A stretch of 64,000 nt of DNA from Akkermansia muciniphila (lineage in GTDB: Bacteria > Verrucomicrobiota > Verrucomicrobiia > Limisphaerales > UBA9464). Location: positions 453 through 64,452 of the forward strand of contig CAMDJH010000001.1 of the NCBI GenBank assembly GCA_945900455.1, given 5' to 3'. Under the pieces are notes generated by a model. It was not told the origin of the DNA. It made no database searches and saw only the letters and a program-made list of their open reading frames with translations. Position numbers and translations under genes: made by a program. Each line of letters opens with the position of its first letter. The first letter of the stretch is position 1. Positions 47,692-57,501 of the stretch are shown in pieces.

Positions 47692-48099
47692 TCAATCCGG
47701 AATGATCACTTCGCCACCGGCCGGCACGTCTGCCAACTTTGAGGGCACCGTGGCGGTCGGTTTGGTACCGATGGCATTGATATTGTATTTTTCGCCTGTA
47801 ACCGGGGTCGGAAACCTGCCGTTGTTGAAGAGGGGACCGAGGTCTGACTCGCTGGGGGTTTCACCGTCCCCTTTCTTGTTCTCGAGTGACCACTGATTCT
47901 TGATCATGTCGATGGCCCGCAGGTTGGTGACAATGGTGTGCTTCCGGGCTTTGGCGATGTTTCCGGAGATCGCCGGGATGGCGACGCCCGCCAGCAGACC
48001 AATGATCATGATCACGATCATGATTTCGATCAGGGTGAAGGCGGCCCGGCGGGCGGTGCGAAGAGAATGTCGGGTAGTCTTCATGGCGGAATTTAACAC
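47692..48099 (-). CDS. Prepilin-type N-terminal methylation domain protein (GspG/pseudopilin-like)
   Basis: RRAAFTLIEIMIVIMIIGLLAGVAIPAISGNIAKARK is a class III signal plus hydrophobic helix. It is 135 aa. Confidence 0.75.
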   Translation of the reverse strand: MLNSAMKTTRHSLRTARRAAFTLIEIMIVIMIIGLLAGVAIPAISGNIAKARKHTIVTNLRAIDMIKNQWSLENKKGDGETPSESDLGPLFNNGRFPTPVTGEKYNINAIGTKPTATVPSKLADVPAGGEVIIPD

Positions 48100-48245
48100 G
48101 GGTCAGTTATCGGAGATCTTTCCGGGCGTTTCAACACCACAACAACCATTTGGTTGCGTGGTGCGCAAAAAACTAGGCGTTGGATGGGAATTTTCAATGC
48201 CTTTGCGCAGGAGGCGGCATGGTCCCAGGGCTGCATCAAGCTCGG

Positions 48246-48278
48246 CTGGGAGCGCCGGCAGGACGCCAGCGCTCCCAG
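48246..48278. repeat. Perfect 10-bp-stem hairpin related to the core of the long-hairpin repeat
   Basis: CTGGGAGCGC-cggcaggacgcca-GCGCTCCCAG. The GGGAGCGCCGGCA segment is the reverse complement of TGCCGGCGCTCCC in the 36.7/62.4 kb repeat. Confidence 0.5.
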
Positions 48279-48425
48279 CCGCAGCTCAGTGGCCTTCAAT
48301 AACGGCTTGCCGTCGACGCCATCTTCCCGCAGGAATAACGGGACAATTTCCCGGCCGTTGAAGTCGGAGTGTTCCCAAACTTCATCGCCGGATCATTCGC
48401 AACCCGCAATCAACTCGATCACGTC

Positions 48426-49481
48426 ATGAGCAAGCCCGCCGCTCCCCAGAACAATTTCCCCAAACTACACAATGCCATGTGGCCCGGCCTCGTCGGGAAG
48501 GGCAGTCCGGGTGGAGAACCCGCGATTGACCTCGACACCATGCTGGAGTTGACCGCGAAGGCGGAGGTGAACGGGGTGCGCTTCGACGGCGTCGACCTCT
48601 TCCTCTACGATCCGCATGTCAACATCGACATCGACAAGGATGGCGTCGCGCGTTTGGTCGAGAAGATTGCCGGTTACGGGTTTAAAGTTGGCTCGGTCGT
48701 CGCGCCGGTGTGGTTCGACGGAGCGGCGATGGGGGATGAGACCAAGCGGAAGAATTTCGTCGCCGCCGTTGGCAAGGCTTGCCGGATTGGCAAGCAACTT
48801 CGCGAACTCGGCGCCCGGCCCACCGGTGTGGTGCGAATTGATTCCGCGTCGTCCCCGAGCGAGTGGGCTAAGGATCCGGTGGCGGGTACCCGGCTCATTG
48901 CGCAGACTTTCCGCGAAGCCTGCGATGTCGCCGACGATCACGGGGAACGCCTGGCCGCTGAGGGCGAAATCTGCTGGGCTGGCATGCATACCTGGCGCGC
49001 AATGATCGATACTCTCGAAGAGGTTGGCCGCCCGACGACGCTGGGGTTTCAGGCGGACATGGCGCATACGTTGCTTTACGTCCTGGGAACCAATGGCTCG
49101 CCGGAAGACCGCATCGTTCCCCCGAAGTTCAAATGGGAGCCCAAGGTGCTCGACGCCGCGCTCGGCAAACTGACTGCTGCGCTTCGGCCGTGGACGATTG
49201 ATTTCCACATCGCTCAGAATGATGCGACGGTAAAAGGATCCGGGTCCCACGACAAAACCGGGCGTCATTGCGTGGTGAATGACCCTAACGGAAAGCTCAC
49301 CATCCCGAAGCACGCCGCCCACTGGCTGCGGGATGAGAGTGGCAAGGTCACTCGCAAGATCCGCCACATCTGCTGGGATGGCTGCATGTTTTCCAACGAG
49401 GTCATGACGAAACCGGAAACGTGGAATAATATCCTCGCTTCCATGATCGCCGTGCGCGACCAGCACGGCTGGCGGGAGTGA
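48426..49481 (+). CDS. Sugar phosphate isomerase/epimerase (xylose isomerase-like TIM barrel) family protein
   Basis: The N-terminus [16 protein letters not shown]...[27 protein letters not shown] resembles PVC-group TIM-barrel isomerase-like proteins. The start was moved to MSKPAAP. This is a family-level call only. Confidence 0.55.
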   Translation: MSKPAAPQNNFPKLHNAMWPGLVGKGSPGGEPAIDLDTMLELTAKAEVNGVRFDGVDLFLYDPHVNIDIDKDGVARLVEKIAGYGFKVGSVVAPVWFDGAAMGDETKRKNFVAAVGKACRIGKQLRELGARPTGVVRIDSASSPSEWAKDPVAGTRLIAQTFREACDVADDHGERLAAEGEICWAGMHTWRAMIDTLEEVGRPTTLGFQADMAHTLLYVLGTNGSPEDRIVPPKFKWEPKVLDAALGKLTAALRPWTIDFHIAQNDATVKGSGSHDKTGRHCVVNDPNGKLTIPKHAAHWLRDESGKVTRKIRHICWDGCMFSNEVMTKPETWNNILASMIAVRDQHGWRE

Positions 49482-49521
49482 CCTTGCGGAATTCTCCCGG
49501 GTCGGCTACCGTGAGCCTGAT

Positions 49522-49857
49522 TTGATTCACCCATCCGCAACACCCCGTTTGCGTCCCGCTCTTGCCGCGGTGGCCGGGTTGTTGTGTGCGGTGATCTTGC
49601 TCTGTGGCGCCCTGGCCGCCAACGGCACGTGGCACCAATGGTTCCACGGTCATGATGACGACGGCGGCGATCACGCGGGTTCCTGCGCTGTCTGCCTGTT
49701 CGCCTCGGGGGGCTTTGATCAGCCGCTCAATCCGTCGGCACCCACCGCGGTTCCCGTAGCCAGGATCCTAGACCTTCCCGCTCCGAGTTCGCCTGTTCTT
49801 TCCACGGCCTACCGCCAAGACTTCCAAAGTCGGGGTCCTCCCACTCGGCACGCCTGA
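49522..49857 (+). CDS. Small membrane-anchored His-rich CxxC protein (DUF2946-like)
   Basis: It has a signal anchor ([20 protein letters not shown]) followed by [23 protein letters not shown], a layout reminiscent of DUF2946 proteins. Confidence 0.45.
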   Translation: MIHPSATPRLRPALAAVAGLLCAVILLCGALAANGTWHQWFHGHDDDGGDHAGSCAVCLFASGGFDQPLNPSAPTAVPVARILDLPAPSSPVLSTAYRQDFQSRGPPTRHA

Positions 49858-49970
49858 GCGTCCATCGCGGGCACTTCTCGCCCGCGCCTTCCCATCCTCG
49901 CCTGGGGTCTCTCGGACTCTCGGCTGAAATTCCCAGGTCCGTTTCGGTTTCCATCCTTCATAGGCTGATT

Positions 49971-50714
49971 ATGTCATCGTTTCCGTTGTCGCGGTTGCAC
50001 CGCGACGCCGGCGGTTCGCGGGCCTTCACGCTCATCGAATTGCTGGTCGTTATCGCAATCATCGCCATTCTCGCCGGGCTGATCCTGCCCGCGCTTGCGG
50101 CGGCCAAGAGTAAGGCTCGCCGCATCGGCTGCGCTTCCAATCAGCATCAGCTCGGGCTGGCATTCATCATGTATGCGGACGACAACCGAGGCTGGATGCC
50201 GGAGACCACCCACAGCTATGGCGCCGGATCGGACGCAACGAACCACATCTGGATCTACACGCTGAAATCGTACATCGGCAGTGTGGACAAGATTCGCATT
50301 TGTCCCGCCGATCCGCAGGCAACCTCCCGCCTCACCAACAACGGCACCAGCTACATCCTGAACGAATACACGTCGGTGGACAAAGTGGATCCATTCGGGA
50401 GCGTGCAGGAGTCCTACCGAAACCTGGACCGCCTGAAGGCTCCGACCGCAACGTTCCTCGCCTTCGAGACTTCCGACACCAACGGCCCGACAATTTCCGC
50501 CGACCACACGCACTCGCGCAATTGGTTCAAGGGCTGGGCCGCAGTGATATTGGATATCTGCCCCGACCGCCATGTCACCGGATCGGGCCGCTCCGATCAT
50601 TCATTTGGGCCAGCCAACACCCTTTGCGCCGATGGCCATGTCGAGGCCATCAACGCTGCCGTAATGAAAAAACGCATCGATGCAGACGACAACTTTTCCA
50701 AACCGCCCGAATAG
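49971..50714 (+). CDS. Prepilin-type N-terminal methylation domain protein, H-X9-DG-like
   Basis: The N-terminus is [56 protein letters not shown]. The C-terminus is [15 protein letters not shown], an H-X10-DG variant. Confidence 0.8.
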   Translation: MSSFPLSRLHRDAGGSRAFTLIELLVVIAIIAILAGLILPALAAAKSKARRIGCASNQHQLGLAFIMYADDNRGWMPETTHSYGAGSDATNHIWIYTLKSYIGSVDKIRICPADPQATSRLTNNGTSYILNEYTSVDKVDPFGSVQESYRNLDRLKAPTATFLAFETSDTNGPTISADHTHSRNWFKGWAAVILDICPDRHVTGSGRSDHSFGPANTLCADGHVEAINAAVMKKRIDADDNFSKPPE

Positions 50715-50756
50715 AATTTTCACCCTCTGTTCGAATCTCCGATCCCGTCCATTTCC

Positions 50757-52739
50757 ATGAAATCAAGACTCTCCTTCGCAATCATCGCCGGGCTTTTGCT
50801 CGGCTCGACTCTAACCCAGGCCGAAGTCCGCTTCCTGGGCCGTGGTCACACGGACATCGCCCTCGATTTCGATGGCGTCACAAAGACCTGGAACGTCCAC
50901 GTGGGCTCCGACCTCACTGGCGCGGAGTTCGTCTCGAACGATGTCATCCTGAAGGTCAAGCCCGCCGCGCAAACCACCGTGCCCGCCAGCGTGAACTTCG
51001 CCTTTCTCGGCACAGTCGGCTCACCGGTATGGATTCTGCCGCAAGCCCAGAATGAAGCACTGCTCTATTTTGGCTACGGCGATGAAGGCATCCCAGAAGG
51101 TGTCTTTACCAATAACCAAGTGAAAGTTGCTCTAAAGAGTGTCACGGGTCCGGGCGACTTTTTTTCCTTTCGCGTCGATGGCTTCGGCACACCTCAGATT
51201 CTTTTCAACACCCGCGACGGCATTACCGCCGCGGACGCAGCGACCGTGCAAGCGGAGGCGCACCTCAATTGGGCATTTAGTCAACCGGGCGATTACACCG
51301 TGGTGTTGGAAGCCTCGGGAACATTGATCGAAGGCAACGTGGCGAGTTCCAGCGGGCCGGTAACATTCCATTTTTCGGTTGGGTCAGGACCGAAGATTTT
51401 GTCTGTGGGGCACACAGACCTCGCGCTCGACTATAATGCCGACGCCGATGCGTGGGATGTTCATGTGGCATCGGACACATTTGAAGAAAGTTACGATCCA
51501 GATGACACCGTTCTTCAAGTAAAAGGAGAGGCCAAAACGTTTATTCCCGCAGACGCACAATTTGCCTTCCTGGGCAAGGCGGGTGACCCGGTTTGGATTC
51601 TGCCGCAGGCGCAAAAGGAGGATCTGTTGTATCTCGGCTACGGCGGCGAAGGCCTACCCGACGGCGTGTTCACGCGCAATGAGGTGATGGTGACGCTCAA
51701 AAGTGTCACCGGTCCCGGCCACCTGTTCTCGTATCGTATCGATGGCTTCGGTACCCCCAACGTGCTCTTCAATACACGGGACGGCATCAGTGTCAGCGAT
51801 TTAGCTACTGTCCGATCCGCCGGCGACGCGCACGTGAATTGGGCGTTCACTCAGCCGGGCGATTACTCGATGGTTGTCGAAGTTTCGGGAGAATTGATCG
51901 CGGGCAATAAATCCGTCTCCAGCGGCCCCATAACGTATTCCTTCTCCGTACTCGAGCCGGTCGTGAGGTTGTCCACCGAACATGTGGATCTGCGCGTGTT
52001 CTATTCAGCGGAGGACACCAACCACCTTAGCTTGGTTGTGCGGGACGAAGACCATCATATTAACTACCTAACTAATGAATGCATCCTCGTGGTGGAGAAA
52101 GCCGGGAAGTTGACGCTGCCGGCGGGGACGCCCTTCGGGAGTGAGGGCGATCCGATTTATATCCTGCCCCAGAGCCAAAACCCGGAACTGCTTTACCTCG
52201 GCATCTCGGCGGAAGGCATCGCAGGCGGCGTCTTCAGCAGCAATTTGAAAATCCGACTCAAGGCCGTTGCCGGCCCCGGAAACTTCTTCCTCTGGCAGGC
52301 GAGTTCCTTCGGTAACTTCAACATAAAAATGAACTCGGCGGACGGGATCGACGACGCCGACCAAACCACGCTCATCATCGGCAGCCATGAGCACAACAAT
52401 TTTGGCTTCACCGCTCCGGGTGTCTATCGAGTTACGTTTCAAATCACCGGCCGCCGCTTCAGCGATACCGAGGACATCACCAGCCTGCCGACCCCAATCA
52501 CTTTTCACATCTTACCTCTGCCGACGGACAGCGCGCAGGTTCGTGTCACTCAGATCGAGGCGAACGGCGACTTGCGGATCGAAGTCGTCGGCAGCCCGGG
52601 TTCAACCTATGACGTCCAGACGTCCGAAGACCTGAAGACTTGGAACTCGTTTCAACTCGTCACACTCACGGGCGCCACGGCCACTGTGACGGTGCCGGCA
52701 ACTGGGGCGAAGCGATTCGTACGAGCGATCAGGCCATAA
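50757..52739 (+). CDS. Secreted protein with three tandem ~190-aa repeats (surface-anchored/choice-of-anchor-M-like domain) and a C-terminal S-x-DL-x-x-W module
   Basis: It has a signal peptide. The repeats span nt 50823-51389, 51390-51959 and 51960-52517. Each carries GHTD(I/L)ALD or EHVDLRV, PVWILPQAQ or PIYILPQSQ, GPG.(F/L)F, and H(L/V)NWAF(S/T)QPGDY or HNNFGFTAPGVY. The C-terminus is GSTYDVQTSEDLKTWN...KRFVRAIRP. Confidence 0.65.
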   Translation: MKSRLSFAIIAGLLLGSTLTQAEVRFLGRGHTDIALDFDGVTKTWNVHVGSDLTGAEFVSNDVILKVKPAAQTTVPASVNFAFLGTVGSPVWILPQAQNEALLYFGYGDEGIPEGVFTNNQVKVALKSVTGPGDFFSFRVDGFGTPQILFNTRDGITAADAATVQAEAHLNWAFSQPGDYTVVLEASGTLIEGNVASSSGPVTFHFSVGSGPKILSVGHTDLALDYNADADAWDVHVASDTFEESYDPDDTVLQVKGEAKTFIPADAQFAFLGKAGDPVWILPQAQKEDLLYLGYGGEGLPDGVFTRNEVMVTLKSVTGPGHLFSYRIDGFGTPNVLFNTRDGISVSDLATVRSAGDAHVNWAFTQPGDYSMVVEVSGELIAGNKSVSSGPITYSFSVLEPVVRLSTEHVDLRVFYSAEDTNHLSLVVRDEDHHINYLTNECILVVEKAGKLTLPAGTPFGSEGDPIYILPQSQNPELLYLGISAEGIAGGVFSSNLKIRLKAVAGPGNFFLWQASSFGNFNIKMNSADGIDDADQTTLIIGSHEHNNFGFTAPGVYRVTFQITGRRFSDTEDITSLPTPITFHILPLPTDSAQVRVTQIEANGDLRIEVVGSPGSTYDVQTSEDLKTWNSFQLVTLTGATATVTVPATGAKRFVRAIRP

Positions 52740-52751
52740 AATTTCGAGTTC

Positions 52752-53948
52752 TCACCGATTGAACGAGCGCGCGAAGTCTTCGGAGGATACGGCACGGACC
52801 TCCTTTACATGCTTTGAAGCGGCGATGAGTTCGTGCAGGCGAGCTTCGTAGGCGGCAGCGTCGAGCGGAAGATCGATCGATTTACCACAGAGGGAGGAGT
52901 ACAGCATGGTGTTCGCGAGCTCCACCGAGTGGATTCCCTCCGGACCCGGGGCGATCAGTGGGGTGCCGTCCAGGATCGCATCGGCGAAGTTATTCATCAG
53001 CGCAGCGTGCGGTGCGGGGTGGATTTCGATGGGCAATTCGCAGGTCCACGTGTCGGGTTTGCTGAAGCCGACAGTGGCGGTGCGACTCCACTCGAACATA
53101 TCGGCTTCGTTGCGAAGGAAGGTTAGCCGGTTATTTTCGAGGACGGCCCGTCCGCGCGTGCCGGCGATCTCGAAGCGGTTGGTTCCCGGGGTTTCTCCTG
53201 TGCTCGTCACGAATACACCGGTGGCTCCATTCGCCCATTCCAGGGTGGCGGTCACGTTGTCCTCGACTTCGATCGAATGATACCGCCCCAACTGGCAGAA
53301 TCCTCGGATTCGCGCTGGCATACCGAGCAGCCAGGCCACCACATCCAAATTATGGAGACACTGATTGAGGAGGACGCCACCCCCCTCTTCCTTCCACGTC
53401 GCCCGCCACCCCCCGCTGGCGTAGTAGGCTTCGGTGCGGAACCAGTCGGTGATAATCCAATTCATCCGGACGATGGTTCCGAGTTCACCGGACTGGATCA
53501 GCCGTTGCAGACGAAGATACCGGGATTCGACACGCAGTTGAAACATTCCCGCGAAAACGGTCGCGGAATTGCGGCGGTGCGCAGCGATCAATCGTTCGGC
53601 ATCGGCTTTGTGGGCGGAAATGGGCTTCTCGCACATGAGGTGAACCCGCGCATCCAGGGCCGCAATCCCCAACGTTGTGTGCTGGTAATGCGGCGTCGCC
53701 ACCAACACCGCATCGAATGCACCCGAGCGAATCATCTGGAATCCATCGGAGAACACTTGCAGACCCCGTTCCTTGTAGGCGTCAAGTTTGCCGGGAGACG
53801 TCGAGCAAACTCCGGTCAAGGTGATGCGAGGCACCTTGCCGTCGAGCAGGTAGTCGGCATGGTGCCGGCCGATGTTTCCCATTCCAATGATGCCGAGTCG
53901 AAGCTTGTTCACTTTGGAATTGAATCCCGGTCTCTTCCCGGACCGCAA
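52752..53948 (-). CDS. Gfo/Idh/MocA-family oxidoreductase
   Basis: The Rossmann motif is LRLGIIGMGNIGRHHADYL, followed by CEKPIS and a typical C-terminal alpha/beta domain. Confidence 0.75.
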   Translation of the reverse strand: MRSGKRPGFNSKVNKLRLGIIGMGNIGRHHADYLLDGKVPRITLTGVCSTSPGKLDAYKERGLQVFSDGFQMIRSGAFDAVLVATPHYQHTTLGIAALDARVHLMCEKPISAHKADAERLIAAHRRNSATVFAGMFQLRVESRYLRLQRLIQSGELGTIVRMNWIITDWFRTEAYYASGGWRATWKEEGGGVLLNQCLHNLDVVAWLLGMPARIRGFCQLGRYHSIEVEDNVTATLEWANGATGVFVTSTGETPGTNRFEIAGTRGRAVLENNRLTFLRNEADMFEWSRTATVGFSKPDTWTCELPIEIHPAPHAALMNNFADAILDGTPLIAPGPEGIHSVELANTMLYSSLCGKSIDLPLDAAAYEARLHELIAASKHVKEVRAVSSEDFARSFNR

Positions 53949-54033
53949 GCGGCATTGTCGCGAATGGACACCCTACGCTAAACGCCGATAACTCCGGGTT
54001 GCGCTTTATCGATCCAGACGACAGGTTCCAGGA

Positions 54034-54477
54034 ATGCCAAAGTACCGCCTGTCTCGCCTCGTCCTCTTGGGTTTGATCTGCGTCTGCGACCTCGCCGCGG
54101 CCGAGCCCGCGAAACCGTCGCGTGCCGACGCACCTGCCACTCGCTCGGCGGGTGTTCCATTCAAAAATGTCGACGTCGCGGGCTTTGAGAAACTGCGCAC
54201 CGAAACCAACAAAATTGTGCTCGACGTGCGCACGCCGGCGGAATTTTCCAGCGGGCACGTGCCGGGAGCGGTGTTACTCGACGTAAAAAGTCCCGATTTC
54301 GCAGAGCGGGCCGCACGTCTCGATAAGTCCAAGACCTATCTCGTCCACTGCGCGGCCGGTGTGCGCAGTGTGAAGGCCTGCAATCTGCTTGCTCCGGCTG
54401 GGTTCACAAACTTGGTGAACCTCGAGGGCGGTTTCAAGGCGTGGACGAAGGCGGGCAATCAACCGGTTAAGCCCTGA
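54034..54477 (+). CDS. Rhodanese-domain sulfurtransferase, secreted
   Basis: It has a signal peptide, the segment EFSSGHVPGAVLLDV, and the active-site loop HCAAGVRSVKA. Confidence 0.8.
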   Translation: MPKYRLSRLVLLGLICVCDLAAAEPAKPSRADAPATRSAGVPFKNVDVAGFEKLRTETNKIVLDVRTPAEFSSGHVPGAVLLDVKSPDFAERAARLDKSKTYLVHCAAGVRSVKACNLLAPAGFTNLVNLEGGFKAWTKAGNQPVKP

Positions 54478-54516
54478 TTGACCGGCGGGTGATTTCGCGG
54501 CCGTGCACCCAGCGCT

Positions 54517-55893
54517 ATGACAACCACGCCCACGCTCCTGATTGTCGACGATGAAAAGCCCACGCGCGAAGGGTTGCGGGCTGCGTTGGAAGATCGGTTT
54601 GATGTGTACCTGGCGGAGGACGCGGCGGGAGCGATGGCGCTTCTGGAAAAGGATCCTATCGATGTACTACTTACGGATCTGCGAATGGCCGGCGAAGACG
54701 GTTTGAAATTGATCAGCCGGGCGAAGTCGTTGCCCAAACCGCCGGTGTGTTTGTTGATGACCGCTTACGGCTCAGAGGAAATGGCCGCCGAAGCGATCAA
54801 GCTGGGGGCGGACGACTACATTCCGAAGGCGCGATTGCGGATTGAGGAACTCGAGCACCGCATTCGCAAAGCGATGAAGTTGCAGTCGTTGGAGGTGGAA
54901 AACGTCCAACTCCATCAACAACTGGAGAAGAAATTCGGCGTTGAAAACATCCTGGGTGAGTCCGCGGTGATGCGGGAGGTTTTCGATACCATCCAACAGG
55001 TGGCACCGACTCGCGCCACGGTTTTGATCACGGGCGAAAGCGGGACGGGCAAGGAGTTGGTGGCAAAGGCGATCCACCAGTTGAGTCCACGGGCGCGGGC
55101 GCCATTAGTGGCGGTGCATTGTGCCGGCTTGCCGGCGTCGCTCCTCGAGAGCGAATTGTTTGGGCACGAGAAAGGCGCGTTCACCGGAGCTCATGAGCGG
55201 CGTCTGGGCCGTGTTGAGCAGGCGCAGGGCGGGACGCTTTTTCTCGACGAAATCGGCGAGATCGACGCGGCGACGCAGGTGAAACTTTTGCGGTTCCTGG
55301 GAGAGCGGACGTTTGAGCGGCTCGGTTCCAGCAAGACGCTGACGTCCGATGTGCGCATTTTGTCGGCCACGAATAAGGACCTGGAGCAGTGGGTGAAGGC
55401 AGGGCGGTTTCGTGAGGATCTCTATTACCGACTTGCCGTCGTCCCGATCCACTTGCCGGCGTTGCGTGAACGCGTGGGAGACATCCCCTTGCTGGCTCAG
55501 GCGTTTTTGAAGCAATACACGGGCGACAATGATAAGAAAGTCAGTGGATTCAGCACGGAGGCGATGGATCTATTGTTGAACTATCCCTGGCCGGGCAACG
55601 TTCGGGAATTAAACACGGCCGTGGAGCACGCGGTTGTCATGTGTCGCGGGGCGCAGGTGTTACCGCGGGATCTCCCGGCGGCGCTGCGGCGACCGCCGGC
55701 GGAGGATCTTGGCCGGGAAACCCACCAGCAGATCCACAGCGGCAAACTTTCGATCAAGGAAGCGGAGAGGCAGTTGGTAATGCATGCGCTCAAGGAAGCG
55801 GGGGGACACCGGACGGAGGCGGCGAAGAAATTAGGAATGAGCCGCCGCACGTTGCACCGCAAGTTGCATGAATTTCATCTCGAAGGATTTTGA
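54517..55893 (+). CDS. Sigma-54-dependent response regulator (NtrC/Fis family)
   Basis: The REC domain is LLIVDDE...DVLLTDLRMAGEDG. The AAA+ motifs are GESGTGKELVAKAIH and GAFTGA. The C-terminal HTH is AAKKLGMSRRTLHRKL. No adjacent histidine kinase is present. Confidence 0.9.
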   Translation: MTTTPTLLIVDDEKPTREGLRAALEDRFDVYLAEDAAGAMALLEKDPIDVLLTDLRMAGEDGLKLISRAKSLPKPPVCLLMTAYGSEEMAAEAIKLGADDYIPKARLRIEELEHRIRKAMKLQSLEVENVQLHQQLEKKFGVENILGESAVMREVFDTIQQVAPTRATVLITGESGTGKELVAKAIHQLSPRARAPLVAVHCAGLPASLLESELFGHEKGAFTGAHERRLGRVEQAQGGTLFLDEIGEIDAATQVKLLRFLGERTFERLGSSKTLTSDVRILSATNKDLEQWVKAGRFREDLYYRLAVVPIHLPALRERVGDIPLLAQAFLKQYTGDNDKKVSGFSTEAMDLLLNYPWPGNVRELNTAVEHAVVMCRGAQVLPRDLPAALRRPPAEDLGRETHQQIHSGKLSIKEAERQLVMHALKEAGGHRTEAAKKLGMSRRTLHRKLHEFHLEGF

Positions 55894-55926
55894 AAGGGTC
55901 GCCGGATGAATCCTCCGCGCCATTGG

Positions 55927-57390
55927 CTATATGGCGTCGGGGACGCACGATTCTCGCCCCGGAAAGGGCATTCCCAGGAAACGCCATTTTCGACTCGTGC
56001 CAGTGCGCTCGGTCCGGATCAAACCAAAGAGGGTTGAGGTCCGTGTTTTCTCCGGCGAGACGTCCCGCCGCCAGGTGTTCCAAAGAAGGGATTGGCTGGC
56101 CGTACGGTCCTTGGAGTTCGCCTCGCTTCGCCAGATCGACACCAGGGGGGAGTAGAGTCGCTCTATACTCTTGTTATTCGGCAGGAGGGGTTCAATCGGG
56201 GCGAGGACTTGTAGTCGGGAGCGGCCATCCAGTTCCTGCCGCCACGTGAACAGCGGCCAGAGATCACGACGGCGGAACGCCTTTCCTGTGGTGGTGTTTT
56301 GTATGCGTAGATCGCTGTAGCCGAAAAACAGTATCCGCGTCCGCTCGCGGTCCAGCGGCGCGGACTGAACCCGTTTGTGGGTGTAGAGCGGATACAGGAA
56401 AAAATTCTGTCGGGTCGTGGCGTTGGTTGCATTGCCGTACAGGGGCCAGACCCGGTTGGCGTGCTTGCCGTCACCCCGGGCCCAGCCGATGACTGGAAAT
56501 GGTAGACCCCATTCGACGAAATGCTGCTCACGATTTTCGGTCCGCGTGAAGAGCGGCCAGAGAACGGTGGTGTTGTCCCGCAGCGGGGATCGCTGAAGGG
56601 TGACCATTGGAAAAAAGGCCTGGTTTGTCACTGGATTTGCGGTGCCGATACCTTGCCGGCTCTTCACAAAAAAGGGCCAGGCAGCGAACAATTTTTCGTG
56701 CCCCCCGACGATTTCCATTTCGTCGATGGAATTGGTTCTCGACGTGACCTCCTTGTGCTCTTGGCCAAACACCGGCCAAAACTGCCATCCGGTGAGGTGA
56801 TCGCCGCGGCGAACATGAAAGAGCGGCAAGAGATAATTGTCAGTGACGATGTCTCGCTTTCGCGTTTGGACCCAGAGCGGTATCAGGGCGAAGCGGACTT
56901 CATCCCGAAAGAGATGATTCCGCATATGTCCGTAGAACGGCACGAGCGCAACGTAATCGTTGGTTGGGTTGTCTGATTTTTGCCGGAAATAAATTGGAAA
57001 AATCGTCTCGCGCCGTTTGGTTTCGCCATGGACGGTTCCGCCGCCAGCAACGTTGAAAACCTGCATTAACTGTGCGCGATACTCGGTTCCGAATCGATCG
57101 AAGGTGAACAGCGGATAGAGAAATTCGTACTCGGATCGCTCGGTCGCGGCGTCCTCGACGTGGGACAGCAATGGGGAAAGCCGCCAGAGCGTTTGATTCT
57201 CACTCTGTTCCTGACCCCACAACGGTCCGAGAATTTCCCGACCCCAACCCGAATCCCACACATGGGGAAACTCTTGCCAGAGCGGTCCTGCATCCACGCG
57301 TCGAGCGGCATCCATCGGCTCGGCAAGCACACTCCCGGACCGGCCGATGAGGCCGGCCCAGACAAGGGCGATGGCGAAGGTTCGCTGCAA
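55927..57390 (-). CDS. Secreted repeat protein with a periodic aromatic-Pro-(L/F)-(F/Y) motif, unknown family
   Basis: It has a signal peptide (MQRTFAIALVWAGLIGRSGSVLAEP) and 13 motif occurrences (YPLF, FPIYF, VPFYG, IPLW, LPLF, WPVFG, WPFF, FPMV, WPLF, FPVIG, WPLYG, YPLY, WPLF). Confidence 0.55.
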   Translation of the reverse strand: MQRTFAIALVWAGLIGRSGSVLAEPMDAARRVDAGPLWQEFPHVWDSGWGREILGPLWGQEQSENQTLWRLSPLLSHVEDAATERSEYEFLYPLFTFDRFGTEYRAQLMQVFNVAGGGTVHGETKRRETIFPIYFRQKSDNPTNDYVALVPFYGHMRNHLFRDEVRFALIPLWVQTRKRDIVTDNYLLPLFHVRRGDHLTGWQFWPVFGQEHKEVTSRTNSIDEMEIVGGHEKLFAAWPFFVKSRQGIGTANPVTNQAFFPMVTLQRSPLRDNTTVLWPLFTRTENREQHFVEWGLPFPVIGWARGDGKHANRVWPLYGNATNATTRQNFFLYPLYTHKRVQSAPLDRERTRILFFGYSDLRIQNTTTGKAFRRRDLWPLFTWRQELDGRSRLQVLAPIEPLLPNNKSIERLYSPLVSIWRSEANSKDRTASQSLLWNTWRRDVSPEKTRTSTLFGLIRTERTGTSRKWRFLGMPFPGRESCVPDAI

Positions 57391-57501
57391 GGCGGAAGCA
57401 GCTTCGGAGAGCCAAGCCAGACGGTCAATGAGCCATTGCTGGGATCCGCCTGCCGCGTGTTACTATTGTTTCGAATCCACTTCGTGTGGTCTCCTGTCCT
57501 C

